A DNA stretch of 32,000 nt, taken from NCBI GenBank assembly GCA_023898645.1, contig CP060232.1, positions 570,001-602,000 of the forward strand, given 5' to 3'. The notes below the pieces were generated by a model, which had not been told where the DNA came from, made no database searches, and saw only the letters and a list, made by a program, of their open reading frames with translations. Positions 17,377 to 23,553 of this stretch are shown here, piece by piece. Both the position numbers and the translations under genes were made by a program. Within the stretch, counting starts at the first letter, position 1. Every line of letters starts with the position of its first letter. Source of the stretch: Candidatus Saccharimonadota bacterium (lineage in GTDB: Bacteria; Patescibacteriota; Saccharimonadia; Saccharimonadales; Saccharimonadaceae).

Positions 17377-17784
17377 ATGCCAACTGAAACTAAAAAGTAT
17401 TTCTACGGCCTAGGTCGTCGCAAGAGCGCAACTGCGCGTGCGCGTCTGTATAGCAAGGGTAAAGGTACGATCACTATCAACAGTAAGCCTGCAGCTGAGT
17501 ACTTGGAAGATAACAAGACCCTTCTCGCAGAGCTTACAGACCCGCTAGCCCTCGTTGGCAAGCAAAAAGACTATGACATCACTATTATGGTGTCTGGTGG
17601 TGGTAAAGCCGGTCAAATCGACGCTATGAAGCTTGCTATCAGCAAAGCAATCACTGTCGACGCAGCTGATCTGCGCGGTACACTCAAAAAAGCCGAATTT
17701 CTACGCCGCGATCCTCGCGAAAAAGAGCGCAAGAAGTACGGTCTACGCTCAGCACGCAAGCGCGAGCAATACTCAAAGCGTTAA
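17377..17784 (+). CDS. rpsI: 30S ribosomal protein uS9
   Basis: YGLGRRKSATARARL...GLRSARKREQYSKR. Confidence 0.97.
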   Translation: MPTETKKYFYGLGRRKSATARARLYSKGKGTITINSKPAAEYLEDNKTLLAELTDPLALVGKQKDYDITIMVSGGGKAGQIDAMKLAISKAITVDAADLRGTLKKAEFLRRDPREKERKKYGLRSARKREQYSKR

Positions 17785-17804
17785 TCACACGACGTTATGC
17801 AAGA

Positions 17805-17827
17805 GCAGCCCATTCGGGCTGTTTTTG
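17805..17827 (+). terminator. Intrinsic terminator after rpsI
   Basis: GCAGCCC-attc-GGGCTG followed by TTTTT. Confidence 0.8.
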
Positions 17828-17852
17828 TATGCAGGACTTCATCGTTAAATTA

Positions 17853-17861
17853 TGCTACGAT
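17853..17861 (+). promoter_or_regulatory. Extended -10 TGcTACGAT, 6 nt before ATG 17868 (leaderless-type)
   Basis: Read from the sequence. No SD precedes ATG 17868. Confidence 0.4.
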
Positions 17862-17867
17862 GCATCT

Positions 17868-18134
17868 ATGAGCGAAAAAAATCCAGAAACACATTCCATA
17901 GAAAATCTACGAAAAGAAATAGATGACTGCGACGAGGCGATTCTCGCATACGTCAAACGGCGAACAGAAATTAGTCGTGAAATCGGTAAAATTCGTGCCG
18001 CAGATGGCGGACCAAGGATTGTTCCTGCTCGCGAAGCACAGATACACGAATACTATTCGTCACTAGGGCCAGAAGGAAGCGAACTTGTCGACATACTTCT
18101 ACGCCTAGGTAGGGGGCCGTCTTCGGACGCTTGA
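17868..18134 (+). CDS. Small AroQ-class chorismate mutase (88 aa)
   Basis: MSEKNPETHSIENLRKEIDDCDEAILAYVKRRTEISREIGKIRAA..GGPRIV.AREAQI fits the AroQ helix-1/2 pattern (LRxxIDxxDxxILxLVxxRxxxSxxIGxxK). The C-terminus is LLRLGRG. The ORF-track ATG 17829 lies inside the rpsI terminator tail. Confidence 0.8.
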   Translation: MSEKNPETHSIENLRKEIDDCDEAILAYVKRRTEISREIGKIRAADGGPRIVPAREAQIHEYYSSLGPEGSELVDILLRLGRGPSSDA

Positions 18135-18168
18135 ACACATCTGTAATCTATGTTTAAATAATAATGAT

Positions 18169-18246
18169 ATGAGCAAACTAATTATCTCCACACGAGCCTA
18201 TTGGTTTACCGACAGTCACTCTGGCGGTTTGTTCAATGTTTTGTAA
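18169..18246 (+). promoter_or_regulatory. Candidate 25-aa leader peptide ORF (MSKLIISTRAYWFTDSHSGGLFNVL) with a single Trp codon at 18202-18204
   Basis: Manual translation. The ORF spans hairpin 1 of the downstream switch. No SD is present. Confidence 0.3.
18208..18228 (+). promoter_or_regulatory. Hairpin 1 (segments 1:2) ACCGACAG-tcact-CTGGCGGT
   Basis: 7 of 8 positions pair. Its 3' arm is also complementary to 18266-18276. Confidence 0.5.
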
Positions 18247-18267
18247 CACATAAAAGATATCGATGAG

Positions 18268-18288
18268 ACCGCCAGAAGGCGGTTTTTT
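18268..18288 (+). terminator. Intrinsic terminator (segments 3:4) ACCGCC-agaa-GGCGGT-TTTTTT
   Basis: Perfect 6-bp GC-rich stem plus a T6 run, 33 nt before the next ORF. Confidence 0.75.
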
Positions 18289-18320
18289 AAATAATAAACG
18301 CTTAAGCCAAGGAGAGAAAT

Positions 18321-18608
18321 ATGACGAATCCCAACATACAATACGAACACTACAGAGACGCCTCTGACATGCGAAAAATCGAGTCAGCACTATCAAATAT
18401 TATTAACGCAGCGTACGCGGGAGCGATTAACGACAAACAAGCAATCGAAGTAATTCCATCCGCCAACCCAAAACCAGCCGACCCTGAGCATGAAGCAGCA
18501 CTTGCAATGGCAAAAAAGCGCATAGGTCACCTCACCGGTTCACTGCACAACGAGCTAGACGCTGAGCCCGAAAAGAGTAATGAACACAGCATAGATGAGC
18601 TGCAATAA
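18321..18608 (+). CDS. Hypothetical acidic protein, 95 aa
   Basis: AAGGAGA SD 6 nt upstream of the ATG. I recognise no family. Confidence 0.6.
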   Translation: MTNPNIQYEHYRDASDMRKIESALSNIINAAYAGAINDKQAIEVIPSANPKPADPEHEAALAMAKKRIGHLTGSLHNELDAEPEKSNEHSIDELQ

Positions 18609-18640
18609 TATACTCGCGGGCTATACCTCTTGGTTTAAGG

Positions 18641-18646
18641 TATAAT
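18641..18646 (+). promoter_or_regulatory. TATAAT box 9 nt before the trpS ATG (near-leaderless)
   Basis: Read from the sequence. No SD lies before ATG 18656. Confidence 0.4.
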
Positions 18647-18655
18647 GATTAAAGT

Positions 18656-19750
18656 ATGACAAAATCGGTTATTTTAACAGGCCTCCGTGCCAACAACAAC
18701 CTTACTATTGGTAACTACTTCGGCGCTATGTTGCCCATTATTGAAATGGCTAAGAGCCATGCCGGCGAATATCAAATAAACATGTTTATACCAGACCTCC
18801 ATAGCTTTACGACACCTATCAATCACGACGATTTGCAAAATCAAATCATCCACAACGCACGACTCTTTGCTGCCGCAGGCTTACCGCTTGATAGCAACGA
18901 CATTCTCATTTACCGTCAAAGCTACGTACCTGCGCATAGTGAACTGACGTGGATTTTGGATTGCTTTACCGGATTTGGCGAAATGAGACGAATGACCCAG
19001 TTCAAAGATAAATCGAGCCAGCTATCTCAAGACGCTACACTGTCAGCTAGCGAAGAGCATAGATACAAAACTCAAGGTGAGTATTCAAACAGCACTTCCG
19101 TTGGCCTCTTCAACTACCCCGTTCTCATGGCCTGCGACATCCTCCTTTATGGCGCCAAATACGTGCCTGTCGGCGACGATCAGACTCAGCATCTGGAATT
19201 TACCCGCGACATAGCAGGGCGCATGAACAATAAGTTCGGCGATCTGTTCGAGGTGCCGTACGAAGTCAGCAAACAGCATGAATTCTTTAACAAAGGCCAA
19301 GGGCTTCGCATCATGGACCTTGTAGATCCAACTAAAAAAATGAGTAAGTCTGACGACATCGGCAAGGGTGTCATATTTCTGACAGATGACCCAGAAGCCG
19401 CAGCCAAAAAGGTGATGTCTGCAACTACCGACGACAAAGCTAGCGTCAACTACAATCCGGTCGAGCAGCCCGGTATCAGCAACCTATTGCAAATCCTCGC
19501 TCTTCTACGTAGCAAGCCGCTCGACGAAGTGGAGTCTGAATTTAAAGGTCAATCTAGTTATGGTGATTTTAAACGAGTCGTTGCTGACGAAGTGTCACAA
19601 TTCCTGACAGCTTTTCAAACGAAGCTAGCCGATGTAGATGACGGCGCCATAGCCGCTGCATTTGAGCAATCCGAAAAAACTGCAAACGAACAGGCGAATG
19701 CAACGCTACTCCGCGTACAGCAAGCGGTCGGACTGCGACCAAGGAACTAA
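18656..19750 (+). CDS. trpS: Tryptophan--tRNA ligase
   Basis: Class I signature variant LTIGNYFG; the KMSKS motif (KKMSKSD); VGDDQTQHLEFTRDIA is typical of TrpRS. Confidence 0.93.
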   Translation: MTKSVILTGLRANNNLTIGNYFGAMLPIIEMAKSHAGEYQINMFIPDLHSFTTPINHDDLQNQIIHNARLFAAAGLPLDSNDILIYRQSYVPAHSELTWILDCFTGFGEMRRMTQFKDKSSQLSQDATLSASEEHRYKTQGEYSNSTSVGLFNYPVLMACDILLYGAKYVPVGDDQTQHLEFTRDIAGRMNNKFGDLFEVPYEVSKQHEFFNKGQGLRIMDLVDPTKKMSKSDDIGKGVIFLTDDPEAAAKKVMSATTDDKASVNYNPVEQPGISNLLQILALLRSKPLDEVESEFKGQSSYGDFKRVVADEVSQFLTAFQTKLADVDDGAIAAAFEQSEKTANEQANATLLRVQQAVGLRPRN

Positions 19751-19752
19751 TC

Positions 19753-20577
19753 ATGAGACTCGACGCATACCTAGCTCAGTACTGGCCTGAACATTCTCGC
19801 GCGACGTGGCAAAAATACGTAAAAGCCGGTTACGTAACCGTAAATGGAGAAGTAGAAAAAAGCACAAAACGACTGCTTGACGAAGACGACAAAGTTGAAA
19901 CCAGCGTGCCAGATGCACAAACGCACGACGACCAATCACTTCCGATCATATACCAAGACAAGAATGTCATCGTCATCAACAAGCCTACTGGCATCCTTTC
20001 TCATAGCAAGGGCGTGTTAAACGATGAGTTCACCGTTGCAGGTTTCTTTAAGCGATTTACAAAATATAATGTCGACACTAATCGACCGGGTATCATCCAT
20101 CGACTCGACCGTGACACAAGCGGCGTACTGATTGGCGCGCTTAACGATAAAACCGCGAAACTGCTACAACGACAATTCTCTGATCGCAAGGTAAAAAAGA
20201 CATACATTGCTGTTGTCGATGGCATACCGAAACAATCAGAAGCCCTCATAGACTTACCGATTGGACGAAACCCCAAGCACCCTAGTCAGTTCCGCGTTGA
20301 TCCAAACGGCAAATCAGCGCAGACCGCTTACCGTATATTGGCTTCGAGCAAGAAGTACAGCCTCGTTGAGCTTCAGCCTCATACTGGTCGCACACATCAA
20401 TTACGCGTTCACATGGCATACATCGGAACGCCAATTCATGGCGACAAGGTCTACGGCAAACAAGCAGACAGACTTTATCTTCACGCCGCCAAACTAGAAA
20501 TCACCATACCCGAAGGTGAACGTATGCTATTTGCGGCAGATGTGCCACCTGAATTCGCTTCCATGGAAATGGCGTAA
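19753..20577 (+). CDS. rluD: RluA/RluD-family 23S rRNA pseudouridine synthase with N-terminal S4 domain
   Basis: HRLDRDTSGVLI catalytic motif; GRTHQLRVH; S4-like N-terminus. Confidence 0.88.
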   Translation: MRLDAYLAQYWPEHSRATWQKYVKAGYVTVNGEVEKSTKRLLDEDDKVETSVPDAQTHDDQSLPIIYQDKNVIVINKPTGILSHSKGVLNDEFTVAGFFKRFTKYNVDTNRPGIIHRLDRDTSGVLIGALNDKTAKLLQRQFSDRKVKKTYIAVVDGIPKQSEALIDLPIGRNPKHPSQFRVDPNGKSAQTAYRILASSKKYSLVELQPHTGRTHQLRVHMAYIGTPIHGDKVYGKQADRLYLHAAKLEITIPEGERMLFAADVPPEFASMEMA

Positions 20578-21425
20578 TGCTCGATGATTTATTGCTTCAT
20601 CCGCGGACACGCCAACTCGCCGACAGGCTTGCAATCAATCTGCCACAAGGCTTGATCATTGACGGGCCGGTTGGTAGTGGCGTTGCTTCTGTAGCGAAAG
20701 CACTTGCAAAGCACCTAGGCTCACCAGAATTGACATTATCTCCAAAAAAGAAGGTGAGGGGAGAGTTTGTTGTCGATGCCGACGAAGGCAGCGTCATCAT
20801 AGATGACGTACGACTGCTCTATCAACAAACGCGCACTAAACAGCCAGGGCGACACGTTTATGTAATAGACACCGGTAATAAGTCGATGACGGTTTCAGCG
20901 CAAAATGCCTTTTTAAAACTTCTCGAGGAGCCTCGTAACGGCCTGCACTTCATCATAGCCACACACCAGTTCGATCAACTACTACCGACTATCGTATCTC
21001 GTTGTCAGCGACTTTCGCTGCTAGCTATCACCGATGAACAAACGGGTGCCCTCATAAATGACTTAGCAATAGAAGACGCCACCAAGCAAACGCGCCTAGC
21101 ATTCGTTGGGCGCGGTCGCCCAGCGCTCATTAAGCGCCTAGCTGCCGACAGCACCTCGTATGACGCAAGGGTAAAGATCATGAGCGACGCCAAAACAATG
21201 CTCGGCAGCGACGTGTACGAGAAACTGAAGATTATTAACACTTATCGCGACAGTCGCTCCGACGCACTGACATTACTTGACGACATGAATCACCAGTTGC
21301 AAATCATCATCCGTAGCCAACCTGACCAACGTATAGCCAAAGATATCGACAAACATCTCGACACGCGCAGACGCATAGCTACAGGTGGCAACATTCGTTT
21401 GCAGCTTTCAACAGACGTATTATAA
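20577..21425 (+). CDS. holB: DNA polymerase III subunit delta-prime
   Basis: Degenerate P-loop GPVGSGVAS, AQNAFLKLLEEP and TIVSRCQRL motifs. TAATG overlap with rluD. Confidence 0.85.
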   Translation: MLDDLLLHPRTRQLADRLAINLPQGLIIDGPVGSGVASVAKALAKHLGSPELTLSPKKKVRGEFVVDADEGSVIIDDVRLLYQQTRTKQPGRHVYVIDTGNKSMTVSAQNAFLKLLEEPRNGLHFIIATHQFDQLLPTIVSRCQRLSLLAITDEQTGALINDLAIEDATKQTRLAFVGRGRPALIKRLAADSTSYDARVKIMSDAKTMLGSDVYEKLKIINTYRDSRSDALTLLDDMNHQLQIIIRSQPDQRIAKDIDKHLDTRRRIATGGNIRLQLSTDVL

Positions 21426-21499
21426 GCGCATAAATTGCGGCTGAAACACCGTAATCACTCCGTATTGAGAACTACTTCTCAACACACATGACTCAATTG

Positions 21500-21508
21500 T
21501 GTTATAAT
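21500..21508 (+). promoter_or_regulatory. Extended -10 TGtTATAAT, 9 nt before ATG 21518 (near-leaderless)
   Basis: Read from the sequence. Confidence 0.45.
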
Positions 21509-21517
21509 TAGAAGTGG

Positions 21518-22171
21518 ATGTTAGGACTTATTGTTGTAGCGATACTAGGTGGGATGATGATTTATTATCGTGGCCTGCCAGCAAACCCAGCACTTGATTT
21601 GCCGGCTAAATTATCTGGGCGCTTGGATAAATTGTGGGAAATTGCCCAGCAATCGCTTCGAGACCGTAAGTACCTACGTGCCGAAAAGGCACTTCTGACC
21701 ATTTTGCGTGTCGATGAGCGCAACGCAACTGCGTATAACCGCCTCGGTATACTGTACGCCAAGCAACAGGAGTACAAAGACGCAATCGAATGCTTTGAAA
21801 TTGCTCAATCGCTTGAGCCAAGCGCTTCGAGTCTTCACAATGTAGGCCTGATTTACTATGAAACCGGCAATTACGCAAAGGCTGCGCTAGCTTTTGAACA
21901 GGCTCTCGAGATTGAAGGAGACCTGTCAACTCGACATATAGCCTACGCCAAGGTACAAGAAAAACTCGGGAACGACAAAAAAATGATTGAATCACTCGAG
22001 CGAGCAGTCGAAATAGACCCAATTCCACAGACACTCAACATCTTGGCCGACGCCTACGAGCGCATCGGTGAACAGGATCTTTCATTAAGATTACGTGAAA
22101 AAGCAGCACGTATGATCTTACCTCCGGGCAAGGCAAAACGAGTTAGCCAGCCGCGTAAAGTGGTGATGTAA
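21518..22171 (+). CDS. Membrane-anchored TPR-repeat protein
   Basis: N-terminal TM segment LGLIVVAILGGMMIYY. Repeated 34-aa TPR-like units follow (AYNRLGILYAKQQEYKDAIECFEIAQSLEP, etc.). Confidence 0.8.
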   Translation: MLGLIVVAILGGMMIYYRGLPANPALDLPAKLSGRLDKLWEIAQQSLRDRKYLRAEKALLTILRVDERNATAYNRLGILYAKQQEYKDAIECFEIAQSLEPSASSLHNVGLIYYETGNYAKAALAFEQALEIEGDLSTRHIAYAKVQEKLGNDKKMIESLERAVEIDPIPQTLNILADAYERIGEQDLSLRLREKAARMILPPGKAKRVSQPRKVVM

Positions 22172-22184
22172 CCGCTTCTACATC

Positions 22185-22213
22185 TTGAACATTTTTCACC
22201 CCTGATGTACACT
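22185..22213 (+). promoter_or_regulatory. Candidate tRNA-cluster promoter TTGAAC-17 nt-TACACT
   Basis: -35 at 22185-90 and -10 at 22208-13. Confidence 0.35.
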
Positions 22214-22280
22214 TATATTTGTACTTTAGGAAACTAAAGTAATATTTAATGCCTTTAAGCATTAAAGTACACCTTTCAGC

Positions 22281-22301
22281 TATGCCGCTTTAGCTCAGTT
22301 G
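22281..22301 (+). pseudogene. Truncated duplicate of the tRNA-Thr(TGT) 5' end (3-nt flank plus first 18 nt)
   Basis: The 21-nt TATGCCGCTTTAGCTCAGTTG is identical to 22383-22403. No anticodon arm or T arm follows. Confidence 0.85.
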
Positions 22302-22337
22302 CTGTCTGAGCCGAATGGCGAGTAATGTAATGAAGCA

Positions 22338-22353
22338 TTGCTCTAACCAACTG
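22338..22353. repeat. 16-nt inverted copy of the tRNA-Thr(TGT) D-arm
   Basis: TTGCTCTAACCAACTG is the exact reverse complement of 22398-22413. Confidence 0.9.
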
Positions 22354-22385
22354 GCATACTGCAAGTACCTCACATCTATATTTAT

Positions 22386-22462
22386 GCCGCTTTAGCTCAG
22401 TTGGTTAGAGCAACTGTTTTGTAAACAGTAGGTCCTCGGTTCGAGTCCGAGAAGCGGCTCCA
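22386..22462 (+). tRNA. tRNA-Thr (anticodon TGT), CCA encoded
   Basis: Manual cloverleaf: acceptor GCCGCTT/AAGCGGC, D arm GCTC/GAGC, anticodon stem ACTGT/ACAGT with loop TTTGTAA, T arm CTCGG-TTCGAGT-CCGAG. Confidence 0.93.
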
Positions 22463-22515
22463 CGGCGAAATAATGATTCATCGTTATTTCACATTGGAGT
22501 TACATGTTGTTTACC

Positions 22516-22551
22516 AAATTAACAAACCAAGATTTATCTGTTTGTTAATTT
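22516..22551. repeat. Perfect 12-bp-stem hairpin AAATTAACAAAC-(12 nt)-GTTTGTTAATTT between tRNA-Thr and tRNA-Tyr
   Basis: Read from the sequence. Role unknown; it could be a processing or termination signal. Confidence 0.8.
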
Positions 22552-22626
22552 GAGAGGAGGAACAACGAAGAGACGAAGCTTTTGCCACTTGCGGCGAAAC
22601 GAGGTCTCGAAAGTGAGTTCCGACGA

Positions 22627-22711
22627 GCTGGAATCGTGTAGTGGCAATCACAGGAGACTGTAAATCTCCCGCCTTTCGGCTTCGTAGGTTCGAGTCCTAC
22701 TTCCAGCACCA
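22627..22711 (+). tRNA. tRNA-Tyr (anticodon GTA), long variable arm, CCA encoded
   Basis: Acceptor GCTGGAA/TTCCAGC, anticodon stem GGAGA/TCTCC with loop CTGTAAA, variable arm CGCCTTTCGGCTTC, T arm GTAGG-TTCGAGT-CCTAC. Confidence 0.93.
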
Positions 22712-22718
22712 AGTAAAC

Positions 22719-22744
22719 GGCCTACCCGAAGTGGTGGGCCTTTT
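22719..22744 (+). terminator. Intrinsic terminator after tRNA-Tyr
   Basis: GGCCTACC-cgaagt-GGTGGGCC (8 bp, one G.U pair) followed by TTTT. Confidence 0.75.
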
Positions 22745-22764
22745 ACTTTGTAGGCGGTGTTTGT

Positions 22765-22812
22765 CTCGAACCTACGAACCTTTTCGCTCCTGCGAAAAGT
22801 CGTAAGGTTCGG
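22765..22812. repeat. Inverted 14-nt copy of the tRNA-Tyr T-arm region, embedded in a long imperfect hairpin
   Basis: CTCGAACCTACGAA (22765-78) is the reverse complement of 22681-94. CGAACC/GGTTCG, TACG/CGTA and CTTTTCGC/GCGAAAAG pair across a tcct loop (about 19 bp). Confidence 0.85.
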
Positions 22813-22902
22813 CGTAGTGAGTGAAGCGAGGAAAAGCACGAAGTATTTTTCCGAGCGAATGAACGGAGGAGCAATCTTCGATTGCGATGTCCTACCTCCC
22901 GC

Positions 22903-22953
22903 AATGAAAAATGGGCTACGCAGATAAGAATACTTATTCTTTCTGCATAGCCC
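22903..22953 (-). terminator. Strong intrinsic terminator of the 80-aa gene
   Basis: A hairpin of about 17 bp at 22913-22953 begins 6 nt after the stop codon. ATTTTTCATT follows on the minus strand. Confidence 0.8.
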
Positions 22954-22959
22954 TTGACG

Positions 22960-23202
22960 TCAGTAAAATATAAACGCGGCCACGGCCATAACACCCAACG
23001 AGCCCGTCGTTACATCCTTGAGGGTTTCGAAATCGACGCGACAAACCACCATCGATACAAGCGTAGCTCCGATTGCCAGCCACATTGCCGCGACGATAAT
23101 CGCCCTTGTGGATAGCCTCGATACGAACTTTATGTTGTTTGATGTGCCGCTGGAGCAACAAGCGCCAGAATTACATGTTTTACAACTGTTACCGTCACAC
23201 AT
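22960..23202 (-). CDS. Small Cys-rich membrane protein, 80 aa (MCDGNSCKTCNSGACCSSGTS... plus two predicted TM helices)
   Basis: The ORF-track 22960..23235 was trimmed to ATG 23202, which has AGGAG 5 nt upstream. It has its own promoter and terminator. TM candidates are AIIVAAMWLAIGATLVSMVV and GSLGVMAVAAFIFY. Confidence 0.7.
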   Translation of the reverse strand: MCDGNSCKTCNSGACCSSGTSNNIKFVSRLSTRAIIVAAMWLAIGATLVSMVVCRVDFETLKDVTTGSLGVMAVAAFIFY

Positions 23203-23234
23203 AACCACTCCTAACGTAGTGATACGACTTAACA

Positions 23235-23262
23235 ACTATAACATGTATTTATATATTTACAA
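23235..23262 (-). promoter_or_regulatory. Promoter of the 80-aa gene: TTGTAA-16 nt-TGtTATAGT
   Basis: On the minus strand, -35 at 23262-23257, TG at 23243-42 and -10 at 23240-23235. Confidence 0.6.
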
Positions 23263-23272
23263 CTATTTAGTA

Positions 23273-23301
23273 TTGGAGGAAGTCTCCCTGTCTGGTACAA
23301 T
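23273..23301 (+). promoter_or_regulatory. Promoter upstream of tRNA-Thr(GGT): TTGGAG-17 nt-TGgTACAAT
   Basis: -35 at 23273-78, TG at 23293-94 and -10 at 23296-23301. This leaves a structured leader of about 130 nt before the tRNA. Confidence 0.5.
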
Positions 23302-23440
23302 TTACCGAGATGCATGCCTCGGTATGTAGTTAGTCCGAGCTCGCGAAGCACGAGAGTAAATCGAGCCTTAGGGCGAAGGACAAAGTTTTCGAATTTATTT
23401 CGACAACGAATGGAGGGGCAAGCCCCTCCTGAAAACGCAT

Positions 23441-23516
23441 GCCGCGATAGCTCAGTTGGTAGAGCGCATCCATGGTAAGGATGAGGTCTCGGGTTCAAAT
23501 CCCGATCGCGGCTCCA
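23441..23516 (+). tRNA. tRNA-Thr (anticodon GGT), CCA encoded
   Basis: Acceptor GCCGCGA/TCGCGGC, anticodon stem CATCC/GGATG with loop ATGGTAA, T arm CTCGG-GTTCAAAT-CCCGA. Confidence 0.93.
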
Positions 23517-23553
23517 TACGAAATTAAATTAACGGGTGGTATTGAGGGTTAGT

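Noticed and set aside
18135-18655. T-box riboswitch upstream of trpS
   Set aside because: There is no specifier-loop architecture, no AGAGA or GNUGGNA elements, and no conserved T-box 14-mer. The leader is too short.
21465-21482. Hairpin TTGAGAA-ctac-TTCTCAA after holB as a terminator
   Set aside because: The stem is AT-rich and short with no T-run. It was not called.
22284-22370. Intron-containing or split tRNA starting at the duplicated Thr 5' fragment
   Set aside because: After the first 18 nt there is no anticodon arm, T arm or matching 3' acceptor strand. It folds only as GCTCAG/CTGAGC plus unrelated stems.
22745-22910. Degenerate tRNA-Gly (glyT) between tRNA-Tyr and tRNA-Thr(GGT)
   Set aside because: I could not build an acceptor stem, anticodon stem or T arm on either strand. 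Only T-arm-like fragments of tRNA-Tyr are present.
22648-23498. Minus-strand ORFs 22648-22839, 22743-22994 and 23229-23498, and plus ORF 23018-23329
   Set aside because: The first and third are antisense translations of tRNA genes. The others overlap the better-supported 80-aa gene or cross terminators, and none has an SD.
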